DNA of 34,553 nt, taken from positions 1 through 34,553 of the IMG/VR virus record IMGVR_UViG_3300045999_000501, one strand, 5' to 3'. The notes beneath the pieces were generated by a model that saw only the letters and a program-made list of their open reading frames with translations, ran no database searches and was not told the origin of the DNA. A program made the position numbers and the translations under genes. Shown here one piece after another: positions 14,419-25,478 of this stretch. The DNA comes from a virus. Lineage: Duplodnaviria > Caudoviricetes. The first letter of the stretch is position 1. The number at the start of each line of letters is the position of its first letter.

Positions 14419-16626
14419 ATGACTAAAGTAGAGTTATATCTCAATACTGTTACGCAGTATGACAAAGAGTTTGCCAAATGGTCAGGCCGCACAGATAAGA
14501 TATTGCGTAGATACAGGGATGAACGTCAAGTTAATTCCATGCAATCACGCTATAACATGCTATGGGCTAACGTACAGACATTAAAAGCAGCTACATTCTC
14601 ACGCATGCCTAAACCGGATGTGTCACGCAGATTTAAAGACAACGATCCAATAGGTAGAGTAGCATCCATGATCTTAGAAAGAGCTATGGATTTTGAGATT
14701 ACTCACTATGAAGACTTAAAACATTGCTTAGAAGCGTCTGTATACGATAGATTCTTAGGTGGTCGTGGATCAGCATGGGTTCGTTATGAGCCTAAAATTG
14801 AATTACAAGATTATGGTGTATCTGAGCAAAACGAAGAATCAGAAGAATCAGCAGAATACTTAGACACAGAATCATCACCAGTAGACTATGTACATTGGAA
14901 AGACTTTGGACATGAGCCAGCTAGAACATGGGATGAAGTAAACAGAGTATGGCGTAAAGTCTACATGACACGCAAGGCTCTAATAGACAGATTTGGTGAA
15001 GAATTAGGTAACAAAGTACCATTAGATTCATCACCTGATGACCAAAAATACAAAGATTCAGATGGTATTGGTAAAAAAGGCTTAATTATTGAGCTATGGG
15101 ATCGTGAAACTAAAAAGGTTTTATGGATTTCTAAGTCACTTAATGAAATCTTAGATGAAAGAGATGATCCTTTACAGCTAGAAGAATTTTTCCCATGCCC
15201 TAAACCATTATATTCAACAATTACTAACGAATCATTAGTACCAATTCCAGATTTCACATTATATCAAGACCAAGCTAATGCTTTAGACGTACTCGCTACA
15301 CGCATTTCTGGGCTTATAGACGCATTAAAAGTTCGTGGTGTATATGACGCATCAGAACCAACATTACAACGCCTATTTACAGAGGGTGAAAACAATACAC
15401 TTATACCTGTAAAGAACTGGCAAGCATTTGCTGAGAAGCAAGGCCTAAAAGGTGCGATTGATGTAGTAGATATTACACCTATTGCTATGGCTCTTAAAAA
15501 TGCTTATGAAGCTATGGCACAGCTTAAACAAGAAATCTATGATATTACAGGTATTAGTGACATCATTCGTGGTCAATCCAATGTCATTGAAACAGCCACA
15601 TCAGCTCAAATCAAAAGCCAATTTGCATCACTACGCTTAAAAGAATATCAAGACGCTGTAGCTTGCTATGCTTCTCGTATTCTTAAGATTAAAGCACAAA
15701 TTATCTGTGGTCAATTTCAACCAGAAACATTAATCAAGATTGGTGGTGTTGAACAGTTATCACCATCAGATCAAGCGTTAGTACCACAAGCTATTGCTAT
15801 GCTTAAAGACAATCCTATGCGTACATTCCGTATAGAAGTTGCTACAGACTCTATGCTTTATCAAGATGAGCAACAAGAAAAACAAGATCGTGTAGAGTTC
15901 TTAGGTGCTGTCGGTACATATTTAGAAAAAGCTGTACAAGCTGCTCAAGCTATGCCACAAGAAGCAGTACCACTTATCATGGATCTATTAAAATTTGGTG
16001 TTACAGGTTATAGAGTAGGCAGAGTATTAGAAGGGGAGTTTGATAACGTGGCAGATGCTATTAAAGAACAATCTAAACAGCCTAAACAACCTAAGCCTGA
16101 TCCAGAAATGATGAAGATTGAAATGGAAGCACAAGCTAGACAAGCTGAGCTACAAAATGCTACACAAATGAAGGCACAAGAGATACAATTAGAAGCTCAA
16201 AAACAACAAGCTCAAGCTGAAAATGACATGAGAGAACGTCAGCACAAAGCAGAGCTAGATCAAGCCCTAGAAAAACAAAGATTAGAGTTTGACGCATGGA
16301 AAACTAAGCTAGATAACGAAACTAAGATACTTGTAGCAGAATTAGAGTCTAAAACAAAACTTAAACAACAATACATGCAAGCAAATCCATTAGCTGATCC
16401 GTTAGTAGACATTGACCATGAAGGTAACTTACATCTTACAGACGAAATTCAAGGTGTATTGAGTGCAGTAAATCAAAACGTAACAGAATTGATTAACGCT
16501 AACTACGCACACAACCAAGAATTAGCTATGAAACAAGAAATGGCACATAAAGCACTTGTTGAACAAATGACTAGACCTAAGACAATTATTCGTGATGCGA
16601 ATGGTAAGATTATAGGGGTTAAATAA
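14419..16626 (+). CDS. Portal protein with long C-terminal coiled coil
   Basis: 735 aa after terL; ITGISDIIRG...ETAT motif; Q/E/A-rich barrel helix typical of podovirus portals. Confidence 0.85.
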   Translation: MTKVELYLNTVTQYDKEFAKWSGRTDKILRRYRDERQVNSMQSRYNMLWANVQTLKAATFSRMPKPDVSRRFKDNDPIGRVASMILERAMDFEITHYEDLKHCLEASVYDRFLGGRGSAWVRYEPKIELQDYGVSEQNEESEESAEYLDTESSPVDYVHWKDFGHEPARTWDEVNRVWRKVYMTRKALIDRFGEELGNKVPLDSSPDDQKYKDSDGIGKKGLIIELWDRETKKVLWISKSLNEILDERDDPLQLEEFFPCPKPLYSTITNESLVPIPDFTLYQDQANALDVLATRISGLIDALKVRGVYDASEPTLQRLFTEGENNTLIPVKNWQAFAEKQGLKGAIDVVDITPIAMALKNAYEAMAQLKQEIYDITGISDIIRGQSNVIETATSAQIKSQFASLRLKEYQDAVACYASRILKIKAQIICGQFQPETLIKIGGVEQLSPSDQALVPQAIAMLKDNPMRTFRIEVATDSMLYQDEQQEKQDRVEFLGAVGTYLEKAVQAAQAMPQEAVPLIMDLLKFGVTGYRVGRVLEGEFDNVADAIKEQSKQPKQPKPDPEMMKIEMEAQARQAELQNATQMKAQEIQLEAQKQQAQAENDMRERQHKAELDQALEKQRLEFDAWKTKLDNETKILVAELESKTKLKQQYMQANPLADPLVDIDHEGNLHLTDEIQGVLSAVNQNVTELINANYAHNQELAMKQEMAHKALVEQMTRPKTIIRDANGKIIGVK

Positions 16627-18272
16627 TGGCAATAACCATTAAACATGCCAAGACGGATACCATAGCGGACTGGACACAGACCGATTTAGATGCACAGATT
16701 GCATTAGGTAACTTTCCACCTGGCACATTATTAGCCGACATTGTATTACCATCTGATTGGAATAACGATCATACAATATCAGGTACAGTTCCTATTGTTA
16801 ACGGTGGTACTGGTCAAACAACAGCTAACGCAGCTATCAATGCTTTATTACCTAGCCAATCAAGTCAAGCAGGTAAAGTATTAAGCACAGATGGTACAAA
16901 CACATCATGGATAGCAGCAGGCGGTACAGGTACAGTTACTTCTGTTACAGGTACAGCTCCAGTATCAGTAGCCACAGGTACAACTACGCCAGTTATATCT
17001 ATGGCAGCAGCCACAGGTTCTGTAAACGGATACTTAACATCTACTGACTGGACTACATTTAACAGTAAAGGTAATGGCACAGTCACAAGCATTACTGCTG
17101 GTACAGGTTTATCAGGTGGCACAATTACATCATCTGGCACTATTGCTATTGATAGCACAGTAGTTACGCTAACAGGATCACAAACACTAACAAACAAAAT
17201 TCTTACATCTCCTGTTATAAATGAAATATTAGATGCAAATGGTAATGAAGTATTAGGGCTGTTATCAACTGCTTCTGCTACTGATTATGTAGGAATTAAG
17301 AACGGAATAGGTGTCGGTGTACCGTTACATATATCTTCTGAAGGTTCTAGTACTAATATTGGATTACATATCCAGCCAAAAGGATCAGGATTAGTTACAA
17401 TTAGTGATGGTACAGACTTTAACAAAGGTATTCGTTTTAGAAGCTCAGGTAGTGCTGCAGGTACTACTACTTTATTAGATGCAGTATCTACAGCAGGTAG
17501 AGTAGTCACTTTACCGGATGCTACAACAACTTTAGTAGGTAGAAATACTACTGATACGCTTACTAATAAATCTATTTCAGGATCTACGAATACTTTAAGT
17601 AATATTGGTAATGCAAGTTTAACTAATTCTTCTATTACTATTAATGGCTCTGCAATTAGTCTTGGTGGTACAGTATCAGTAGGTACAGTTACAAGCGTAA
17701 CAGGTACAGCTCCAGTAGTATCGTCAGGCGGTACTACTCCAGCTATAAGTATGGCTGCAGCATCTACTACAGTTGATGGTTATTTAACATCCACAGACTG
17801 GAATACATTTAATAGCAAAGCTCCAGCTACTAGCGGAACATCTATTTTATATGGTAACGGTTCTGGTGGATTTAGTAATGTTACAGTAGGCACAGGATTA
17901 ACATTCTCTGCTGGTACATTATCAGCAACTAGCTCTGGTGGTGTTACATCATTCCAAACATCATTAAGCGGACTTACACCTTCTACAGCATCTACAGGCG
18001 TAGTTACTTTAGCAGGTACATTAGGAATTGGTAGTGGTGGTACAGGACAAACTACAGCAACAACAGCATTTAATGCTTTAGCACCATCACAAACATCTAA
18101 TACTGGTAAGTTCTTAAAAACTGATGGCACAAATACATCATGGTCTACACTACCAAGTAAATTGATAGTATTATTACATAGTGGAACATCTACTGCTGAC
18201 GTTCCAGTAGCAAATGGTGTGTTACCAATATTAACTAACGGTGGTTCTACAATTAATGTAGCGGTATCTTAA
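16626..18272 (+). CDS. Tail fibre protein with internal repeats
   Basis: G/T/S-rich; VLPSDWN..H N-terminus; repeated GTVTSV and GYLTSTDW.TFNSK. Confidence 0.75.
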   Translation: MAITIKHAKTDTIADWTQTDLDAQIALGNFPPGTLLADIVLPSDWNNDHTISGTVPIVNGGTGQTTANAAINALLPSQSSQAGKVLSTDGTNTSWIAAGGTGTVTSVTGTAPVSVATGTTTPVISMAAATGSVNGYLTSTDWTTFNSKGNGTVTSITAGTGLSGGTITSSGTIAIDSTVVTLTGSQTLTNKILTSPVINEILDANGNEVLGLLSTASATDYVGIKNGIGVGVPLHISSEGSSTNIGLHIQPKGSGLVTISDGTDFNKGIRFRSSGSAAGTTTLLDAVSTAGRVVTLPDATTTLVGRNTTDTLTNKSISGSTNTLSNIGNASLTNSSITINGSAISLGGTVSVGTVTSVTGTAPVVSSGGTTPAISMAAASTTVDGYLTSTDWNTFNSKAPATSGTSILYGNGSGGFSNVTVGTGLTFSAGTLSATSSGGVTSFQTSLSGLTPSTASTGVVTLAGTLGIGSGGTGQTTATTAFNALAPSQTSNTGKFLKTDGTNTSWSTLPSKLIVLLHSGTSTADVPVANGVLPILTNGGSTINVAVS

Positions 18273-18284
18273 CAAGGAAGAAAT

Positions 18285-19091
18285 ATGTCAAATTTTTACC
18301 CATTAGTACTTTCAGGAACTTCAATAGAAGAACTGCAAACTGCTGATGCTCTCATACTACAAACACCTGCTTCTGGTACATTAACAAATTGTACAGGCTT
18401 ACCACTTTCTACAGGTATTACAGGTACATTACCAGTCGCTAACGGTGGTACAGGATTAACTACTTATACGCAAGGCGATATTGTTTATGCTTCAGCTACA
18501 AACACATTAGGTAAATTAGCTGATGTAGCAACAGGTAATGCTTTACTTTCAGGTGGTGTGGGTGCTGATCCTGCATGGGGTAAAATTGGTCTTACTACTC
18601 ATGTTTCTGGTACATTGCCAGTTGCAAATGGTGGTACAAATGCTACATCTGCAAGTATTACTGCATTTAATAACATTACAGGTTACACAGCCACAGGTGC
18701 TACAGGAACTACATCTACAAACATTGTATTTTCTACAAGCCCTAGCATCACAACAGCTACGCTAACTAACCCAACCATTACAAATTACACAGAAACACTA
18801 TTTACAGCAACAGGTAGCACAACAATAGCGTTATCCAATGGTACTATACAAAGAATTACAACATCTGGCTCTACTACAATCACATTACCAGCAAGTGTAG
18901 CAGGTAAATCATTTACTGTAATCGTAAGTTACGCAGCAGCAGACGCTATTACATGGGCTGGTGGCTCTACATTAAGATGGGCAGGTAGCACAACGCCAAC
19001 ACCTACATCAGCCACAGGTAAGATTGATATATTTAACTTTTATCAAGACGGAACTAACACTTATGGTTCTATCTTCGGACAAAACTATTAA
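18285..19091 (+). CDS. Tail fibre protein
   Basis: GTLPVANGGT repeats; C-terminal ITW....W....P......KIDIF.F..DG domain. Confidence 0.7.
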   Translation: MSNFYPLVLSGTSIEELQTADALILQTPASGTLTNCTGLPLSTGITGTLPVANGGTGLTTYTQGDIVYASATNTLGKLADVATGNALLSGGVGADPAWGKIGLTTHVSGTLPVANGGTNATSASITAFNNITGYTATGATGTTSTNIVFSTSPSITTATLTNPTITNYTETLFTATGSTTIALSNGTIQRITTSGSTTITLPASVAGKSFTVIVSYAAADAITWAGGSTLRWAGSTTPTPTSATGKIDIFNFYQDGTNTYGSIFGQNY

Positions 19092-21547
19092 TGTTTAGTG
19101 CGTCTAAATCAGGTGCAGCAAGCACAGGATATAACTTAACTAATTCTTTAAGATTTAGAAGTAGTGCTAGTGCTTTTTTAAGTAGAACACCTGGAAGTGC
19201 TGGAAATAGAAGAATATGGACTTGGAGTGGATGGGTTAAACGTGGGCAACTTAGCGCACAAAACGGTATATTTTCTGCTGGAACTTCATTTGGTGTTAAT
19301 AACAATAACCTTGAAACAATTTCATTTCCTGCTGGAGATACATTAGAAATTGCGTCTGAGGTTAGCGGATCTACACAATATCGTTTAATTACAACCCAAT
19401 TATTTCGTGATCCATCTGCTTGGTATCACATCATTGTTGCTGTGGATACAACTCAAGCAACTGCATCAAACAGAATTAAATTATATGTAAACGGATCACA
19501 AGTAACTGCGTTTGGCACATCAACCTATCCATCACAAAATTACGATTGTTGGACAAATTCAACAAACGCACACAGAATTGGAAGTAGAGCATCACCTGAT
19601 TTTGATGGCTACATGGATGAAATTAACTTCATTGACGGACAAGCTCTAACACCATCATCATTTGGATCATTTAACGCTACTACAGGCGTATGGCAACCAG
19701 CTAGATACACAGGCACATACGGAACTAACGGATTTTACCTAAACTTTACTGACATAGCCCTTACATCAGGTTCTAACACAGGTTTAGGTCGTGACTTTTC
19801 AGGCAACGGAAACTTTTGGAATACTAATAATATATCTGTAACAGCAGGTGTCACTTATGATGCTATGACTGATGTCCCTACTAATACAAGTGCGACTACG
19901 GCTAATTATTGTGTTCTAAATCCCTTAAGATTTGGTGCTGGTTCTGGCTCAACTGCAAATGTATCAGAAGCTAATTTAAGGTTTACTTGCACAGGTAATG
20001 CTGGCTCTATTATTGGAACAATGAATATACCATCAACAGGTAAATATTATTGGGAAGCTGTAGTTCCTACTCAAACATTTAATTTTATGATGGTAGGAGT
20101 GATTGCAAATCAAGAGTCATTAGCAAATTTAAATTCTTCTGTTGGTGATTTGTCTACAGGTTATTCTGTTTATACATTTTCAGGTAGAAAATTTAATAAT
20201 GGTGCAAATTCACCGTATATGGCTGTTCCATCACAAAATACAGTTGTTACTATTGCTTATGATGCAGATACAGGTTCATTATTTGTAGGAGCTGGTGGTT
20301 CTTGGGCTAATGGTAGTGGCTCTACTAACCAAACATGGGCAAATGCAGTAGCAGCATATACAGGCATTACAGGTAATATTTCACCGGCAATAAGTTTTGA
20401 TACAGGTAATTGTATTGTAAACTTTGGTCAAAGACCATTCTCATACACACCACCTACAGGCTTTAACAGACTAAACACATATAACCTACCTGATAGCACT
20501 ATCAAAAAAGGTAATACTGTAATGGATGCTTATATATACACAGGTGATGGCAACTCTACTAGAACAATTACATTTCCAATTGTTGCAGATTTTGTTTGGT
20601 CAAAAAATAGAACAACTGCAAATGATAATGTATTGATAGATACAGTTAGAGGTGGAACTTCACCTGTAAGAGCATTATTTAGCAATGCAACAACAGCTGA
20701 AATTACAACAACTGCTGGATGGGGTGGATTTGGTTATCCTGATAGCTTAAGTGGAACTTCATATGCTGTAGTTAAAGGAACTCAAGCAACTTCATATACA
20801 AATAAATTAAATGATTCTTATGTCAATTGGTTATGGCAAGCTGGACAAGGTTCAACATCATCTAACACTTCAGGCTCTATTACATCTACTGTATCTGTAA
20901 ATGCAACTGCTGGGTTTAGTGTGGTGACTTGGGCAGGAACTTCAAGTGCTGGAACAATAGGTCATGGTCTTGGTGTTGCACCAAGAATGATTATTATTAA
21001 AGGTAGAAATTATAATGGTGGTAATTGGGGTGTTTATCATGCAAGTTTAGGTAATACAAGTGCTTTATATTTAAACCTTACTTTAGCAACTACATCTAGT
21101 GCTGCATATTGGAACAACACAAGTCCTACTTCAACTGTATTTAGTATTGGAACAGGAAATGCTGATTTTAATAGTTCATCTTATAATTATGTAGGATATT
21201 GTTGGGCAGAAATAGCAGGGTTTAGTCGCTTTGGTTCTTACACAGGTAATAGTTCTAGTGATGGGCCATTTGTTTATTTAGGTTTTAGACCTAAATTTAT
21301 TATGATTAAAGTTACAACAACAACAGATGATTGGTATATGTATGATACTTCTAGAAATACAGCTAATTTAACTAATTTAGTTTTATTTGCTGATTTATCT
21401 AATGCAGAAGCTACTGCAACTACAGCAGTTTTAGATATATTATCTAATGGATTTAAAATAAGAGGATCAGCAGGTATTAATGCAGCTCAAACATACATCT
21501 ACATGGCATTTGCAGAAAACCCATTTAAAAACGCTTTAGCAAGATAA
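19091..21547 (+). CDS. Receptor-binding/fibre protein with LamG (ConA-like) and SPRY-like domains
   Basis: SLRF, WTWSGWVKR, RDPSAWYHI, DGYMDEINFIDGQAL, GKYYWE, NFGQRPF, YIYMAFAE. Confidence 0.8.
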   Translation: MFSASKSGAASTGYNLTNSLRFRSSASAFLSRTPGSAGNRRIWTWSGWVKRGQLSAQNGIFSAGTSFGVNNNNLETISFPAGDTLEIASEVSGSTQYRLITTQLFRDPSAWYHIIVAVDTTQATASNRIKLYVNGSQVTAFGTSTYPSQNYDCWTNSTNAHRIGSRASPDFDGYMDEINFIDGQALTPSSFGSFNATTGVWQPARYTGTYGTNGFYLNFTDIALTSGSNTGLGRDFSGNGNFWNTNNISVTAGVTYDAMTDVPTNTSATTANYCVLNPLRFGAGSGSTANVSEANLRFTCTGNAGSIIGTMNIPSTGKYYWEAVVPTQTFNFMMVGVIANQESLANLNSSVGDLSTGYSVYTFSGRKFNNGANSPYMAVPSQNTVVTIAYDADTGSLFVGAGGSWANGSGSTNQTWANAVAAYTGITGNISPAISFDTGNCIVNFGQRPFSYTPPTGFNRLNTYNLPDSTIKKGNTVMDAYIYTGDGNSTRTITFPIVADFVWSKNRTTANDNVLIDTVRGGTSPVRALFSNATTAEITTTAGWGGFGYPDSLSGTSYAVVKGTQATSYTNKLNDSYVNWLWQAGQGSTSSNTSGSITSTVSVNATAGFSVVTWAGTSSAGTIGHGLGVAPRMIIIKGRNYNGGNWGVYHASLGNTSALYLNLTLATTSSAAYWNNTSPTSTVFSIGTGNADFNSSSYNYVGYCWAEIAGFSRFGSYTGNSSSDGPFVYLGFRPKFIMIKVTTTTDDWYMYDTSRNTANLTNLVLFADLSNAEATATTAVLDILSNGFKIRGSAGINAAQTYIYMAFAENPFKNALAR

Positions 21548-21560
21548 CAAAGGAAAAACT

Positions 21561-22073
21561 ATGTGGTACTCAACAACAGACGGACAATATGTTTATGCAG
21601 GTAATCAATTTACCATTGATGGCGTAGAATATCCATCTAATTGGCTTAATTTGTCTACTCCAGAAGAAAAAGAAGCTATTGGTTTAGAAGAAGTAATAGC
21701 TACTAATCAACCAGCAAACGATCAATATTACTGGGTATCTACAGAGTTAGATAAAGCTACTTTAACTTATGTAAATACTCCTAAAGAGTTAGAAAGTGTA
21801 AAAACTACTGCTGTTAGCCAAATTAACTCTACTGCATATTCTATTCTATTGCCTAGTGATTGGATGGTAGTAAAAGCTGTTGAAACATCTACTACAGTAC
21901 CTGCTGATTGGAATACATGGAGAGCAGAGATTAGAACACAAGCTCAAGAAGCTATTACAGCCATAGAAGCTGCAAAGAATGTAGATGAAGTAGCTACTGC
22001 TGTACAAGTGCAATGGGCTAATAATCCTAATACACCAAGTATTGTTGCTGATACTGAAAAACCTAGCGTTTAA
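21561..22073 (+). CDS. Tail fibre assembly/chaperone-like protein
   Basis: YP.NWL, L..SDW.V......VP..W..WR..IR motif; follows fibres. Confidence 0.6.
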   Translation: MWYSTTDGQYVYAGNQFTIDGVEYPSNWLNLSTPEEKEAIGLEEVIATNQPANDQYYWVSTELDKATLTYVNTPKELESVKTTAVSQINSTAYSILLPSDWMVVKAVETSTTVPADWNTWRAEIRTQAQEAITAIEAAKNVDEVATAVQVQWANNPNTPSIVADTEKPSV

Positions 22074-22086
22074 GTAAGAAGCCACT

Positions 22087-22461
22087 ATGTATTACTCTGG
22101 CTTTCAAAGCAATAGCTTTCAGCGTAATGCGTTTCAGATCATTGGATCTGTTACACCAGTACCTACCACACCTGTTACTAAAGGTGGTTATAAAAAACAT
22201 AACAAATCTTTTAAGCAAACTGTTAAGGAATCGCTAGAAGAACTATTAGGCGAACCAAAAGTAGTAGAGCAAGTACAAGAGATAGTATCTGAATACTCTA
22301 ACTCTAAAAACTTAACTTTAAGCTCTATAGATTTAAAACTATTATCTCAAAATGTAGCTGCAGCAGAACGTATTATTATGCTTGCAGAGAAATTACATTA
22401 TGAAAGATTAGAAGCACAACGTGAAATGGAAGATGAAGAAGCGATCCTTCTTTTAATATAA
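22087..22461 (+). CDS. Hypothetical virion-region protein
   Basis: FQSNSFQRNAFQ N-terminus; DEEAILLLI C-terminus. Confidence 0.6.
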   Translation: MYYSGFQSNSFQRNAFQIIGSVTPVPTTPVTKGGYKKHNKSFKQTVKESLEELLGEPKVVEQVQEIVSEYSNSKNLTLSSIDLKLLSQNVAAAERIIMLAEKLHYERLEAQREMEDEEAILLLI

Positions 22462-22742
22462 TGGCTAGATATATACAAGATCCTAAAACTCATAAACTTA
22501 TACCTGCTGAAGAATACTATACAGAGCAGGTAGATTCACATTACATTATGACAGACTATCAGCCTTACAAGTCTATGGTCACAGGTGAGATGATAGAAGG
22601 TCGTAAAGCACATAGAGAGCATTTAAAACGTCACAATTTAGTAGTGGCGGAACAGAGTTCAGCAAGACCACAGAATCCTGACGGTGGTCGGTTGAAAGAA
22701 CAAATCGCACGTCAGGTATATGAAAAACTACGTTATAAATAG
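22461..22742 (+). CDS. Hypothetical protein (conserved type upstream of scaffold)
   Basis: D..PYKS.VTGE.I.GR..HREHLKRH motif. Confidence 0.65.
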   Translation: MARYIQDPKTHKLIPAEEYYTEQVDSHYIMTDYQPYKSMVTGEMIEGRKAHREHLKRHNLVVAEQSSARPQNPDGGRLKEQIARQVYEKLRYK

Positions 22743-22751
22743 GAGAACTAA

Positions 22752-23117
22752 ATGACAACAACAGTAAATTTAATGGGTACTGGTAGCTCTGGTCTAAACG
22801 CTGAAGCAATCACAGGTATTGTATCACTAGCACAAACAGCAACAGGCGCAGCACAAGGTTCATTATCATTACCTACAGACTTTGTAGTATATACAACTTC
22901 TACAGCAGCTAATGGCCCAACATTACCAGCTACAGCACAATCTGGTGACAGCTTTTTAATTGTAAACAACACAGCTAACTCTATCAATGTATGGCCACCA
23001 GTAGGCTTTAAAATTGGTACAGGTTCTACAAATGCTGCTTTAGCAGTAGGTGCAGGTAAATCTTGCAAATTCTACGCTTTAGGTGATGGAAACTTTGCAG
23101 CAATATTATCAGCATAA
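22752..23117 (+). CDS. Putative capsid decoration/structural protein
   Basis: AGGAG RBS; small A/G/T-rich beta protein. Confidence 0.55.
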   Translation: MTTTVNLMGTGSSGLNAEAITGIVSLAQTATGAAQGSLSLPTDFVVYTTSTAANGPTLPATAQSGDSFLIVNNTANSINVWPPVGFKIGTGSTNAALAVGAGKSCKFYALGDGNFAAILSA

Positions 23118-23138
23118 TTAATTAACTAGGAGTTTTAA

Positions 23139-24140
23139 ATGGAAAACCAGACTACTCTGGAAACGCCATCTTTGCGTGACCAAATAGAAAGTGCAGTAGA
23201 AACAGTTGAAACAGTATCAGAAACACCAGTTGTAGAGTCAGAAGTAGAAGTAAAAGCAGACAAGCCAAGAGATGAATCTGGCAAGTTTAAAAGTACAAAA
23301 GAAGTTACAGAAGAAGCACCAAGTGAAGTCCAAGAAGAAGTCGTAGCAGAAGCTAAACCTGCTAAACCAAGACCATCTTCATGGAAAAAAGACTATGAAG
23401 AATCATGGGGTAAATTAGATCCTACATTACAGGATTATATTGCTCAACGTGAATCAGACTTTGCTAAAGGTGTATCTACTTACAAGGCACAATGGGATCA
23501 AGCTCAACCTATTTTAAATAGTATTGAAAAGTTTGCTCCTATATTACAACAAAATGGTATTGATCCAGCACAATGGATTAATAATTTAGGTACTGCACAT
23601 CAGACTTTGGTTTACGGTAACCCTGAACAAAAATTACAAATGTTTGCACAATTAGCAAACGATTACGGTGTGGATCTTGGAGTATTAACAGGTGGACAGC
23701 AATCAAGCCCACAATTCTCTATGATTGCACAGGAATTAAGCCAAATTAAGAATCAATGGCAACAATTTCAATCGCAACAAGAACAAATAGAACAAACCCA
23801 ATTAAAGGGTGAAATTGAATCATTCAGTAAGGACAAACCTTACTTTGATGAAGTGAGAGAAACTATGGCTGGATTACTCCAGAACAACATGGCAACTGAC
23901 CTTCAAACTGCTTATGACAAAGCAATCCGTTTACATGATGACATTTGGCAAAAGGTTCAGTCTGAACAGACTAAATCTAGCCAAACAGAGCAGAAAAGTA
24001 AACTTGCCCTAGTCAAAGCTAAGGCTATATCCCCTAAGTCAAGCTCGCCTACAGCGAACGTGAGTCTAGGTGGTAAAGGCAATAATCTTCGGGATCAATT
24101 AGCGTCTATTGTAGACACTTTTTCAACCGAAAATATTTAA
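23139..24140 (+). CDS. Capsid scaffolding protein
   Basis: Acidic N-terminus with RDESGKF, P.SWKK, Q-rich coiled coil, L..AYDKA; directly before capsid gene. Confidence 0.8.
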   Translation: MENQTTLETPSLRDQIESAVETVETVSETPVVESEVEVKADKPRDESGKFKSTKEVTEEAPSEVQEEVVAEAKPAKPRPSSWKKDYEESWGKLDPTLQDYIAQRESDFAKGVSTYKAQWDQAQPILNSIEKFAPILQQNGIDPAQWINNLGTAHQTLVYGNPEQKLQMFAQLANDYGVDLGVLTGGQQSSPQFSMIAQELSQIKNQWQQFQSQQEQIEQTQLKGEIESFSKDKPYFDEVRETMAGLLQNNMATDLQTAYDKAIRLHDDIWQKVQSEQTKSSQTEQKSKLALVKAKAISPKSSSPTANVSLGGKGNNLRDQLASIVDTFSTENI

Positions 24141-24163
24141 CTAACTAACTAAGGAGTTTTACT

Positions 24164-25159
24164 ATGGCATTTGCCAATTCTTCCGTTAGTGACATTATCG
24201 CTACCACCATTCAATCACGTTCTGGTGAATTAGCTGACAACGTAACTAACAACAATCCGCTTCTATTAAAATTGAAGTCAAAAGGTAACGTACGCCCATT
24301 CTCAGGCGGTAACGTAATTCTTGAAGAAATCATGTACAATGACACTTCAACAAACAACACAAACAGCTACTCTGGCTTTGAAACATTAAACATTTCTCCA
24401 AATAGCCCAATTTCTGCAGCTCAATTTAGCATTGCTCAATACGCTTCAGCAGTTACTATCTCTGGTCTTGAAATGTTACAAAACGCTGGCAAAGAACAAA
24501 TCATTGACTTGCTAGAAGGCCGTATCAAAGTTGCAGAAGCACAATTATCTAACCGTATCAACCTTGACCTTTATGGTAACGGTACTGGTAACGGTGGTAA
24601 GAACCTTACTGGTTTAGCAGCAGCAGTTGCTGATGCTCCATCAAGCGGTACTTACGGTGGTATCAATCGTGCTACATGGACATTCTGGCAAAACCAAGCG
24701 TTTTCTGGCGTGACTAACGGTGGTGCAGCAGTTTCAGCAGCTAACATTCAATCTTACATGACACAATTAGCTATCAAGCTAGTTCGTGGTACTGATAAGG
24801 CTGATTTAATCGTTGCAGATAACAACTACTACAATCTATATGTAAACAGCTTGCAAGCTATCCAACGTGTAACAGATCCAGAAATGGCTGGTTCAGGTTT
24901 CGCTTCACTCAAATTCTACGGTGGCGGTACATCTGCTGACGTGGTACTTGGTGGTGGTATTGGTGCGCAACAACCTGCTAACCATATGTATTTCTTAAAC
25001 ACAGACTACATTTTCTTCCGCCCACACAAAGACAGAAACTTTGTGCCAATCGGTGGCGAACGTCAATCTGTAAACCAAGACGCTATTGTTAAATTAATCG
25101 GCTGGGCTGGTAATCTTACCACTTCAGGTGCTCAATTTAACGGTGTCTTAATTGCTTAA
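24164..25159 (+). CDS. Major capsid protein
   Basis: 331 aa; LADNV..NN.LL, GG..I, LYG.GT......L.GL, YGGINR; TAAGGAG RBS and high-expression codon usage. Confidence 0.9.
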   Translation: MAFANSSVSDIIATTIQSRSGELADNVTNNNPLLLKLKSKGNVRPFSGGNVILEEIMYNDTSTNNTNSYSGFETLNISPNSPISAAQFSIAQYASAVTISGLEMLQNAGKEQIIDLLEGRIKVAEAQLSNRINLDLYGNGTGNGGKNLTGLAAAVADAPSSGTYGGINRATWTFWQNQAFSGVTNGGAAVSAANIQSYMTQLAIKLVRGTDKADLIVADNNYYNLYVNSLQAIQRVTDPEMAGSGFASLKFYGGGTSADVVLGGGIGAQQPANHMYFLNTDYIFFRPHKDRNFVPIGGERQSVNQDAIVKLIGWAGNLTTSGAQFNGVLIA

Positions 25160-25176
25160 TTAAAGGGAGAATATAA

Positions 25177-25470
25177 ATGACTTTTTCAGTAACCCCTTTA
25201 GTAGGGATTGATTTAGAAAACGTAGTAACAGCAGCTTCTATTGCGGCTGGACAAGAAGTTGTAAACCAATTATTAGGTGTACAAGTTTGGGGTTCAGACG
25301 GTAAGAGATATGTATTTGCTAAGGCAAATGCTACTATCGCTGCATCTACAGCAGTATGTACTGTAAACGCAACAACATTCCTTGCAACAGCTTCAGGTGG
25401 TTCATACCTATCTCCAGCTTATGGCATGGTAACAGGTGATTTTGGCTGGTTCGCAGCAGCATCTGTATAG
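25177..25470 (+). CDS. Capsid decoration (cement) protein
   Basis: G..V.GSDGKRYVFAKA...GDFGWF; follows capsid gene. Confidence 0.65.
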   Translation: MTFSVTPLVGIDLENVVTAASIAAGQEVVNQLLGVQVWGSDGKRYVFAKANATIAASTAVCTVNATTFLATASGGSYLSPAYGMVTGDFGWFAAASV

Positions 25471-25478
25471 TAACAAGT

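Noticed and set aside
16865-18130. Minus-strand V/P-rich ORFs (also 418-768, 14961-15257, 22748-23068, 32946-33239, 33434-33703 and similar)
   Set aside because: Antisense shadows of biased-codon genes; no RBS or motifs
16626-21547. Diversity-generating retroelement or invertible fibre cassette
   Set aside because: No reverse transcriptase or invertase; repeat copies differ mostly at synonymous positions rather than adenines only
24139-24157. (AACT)3 repeat before the capsid RBS
   Set aside because: Too short; probably an unstructured translation enhancer or stops in all frames
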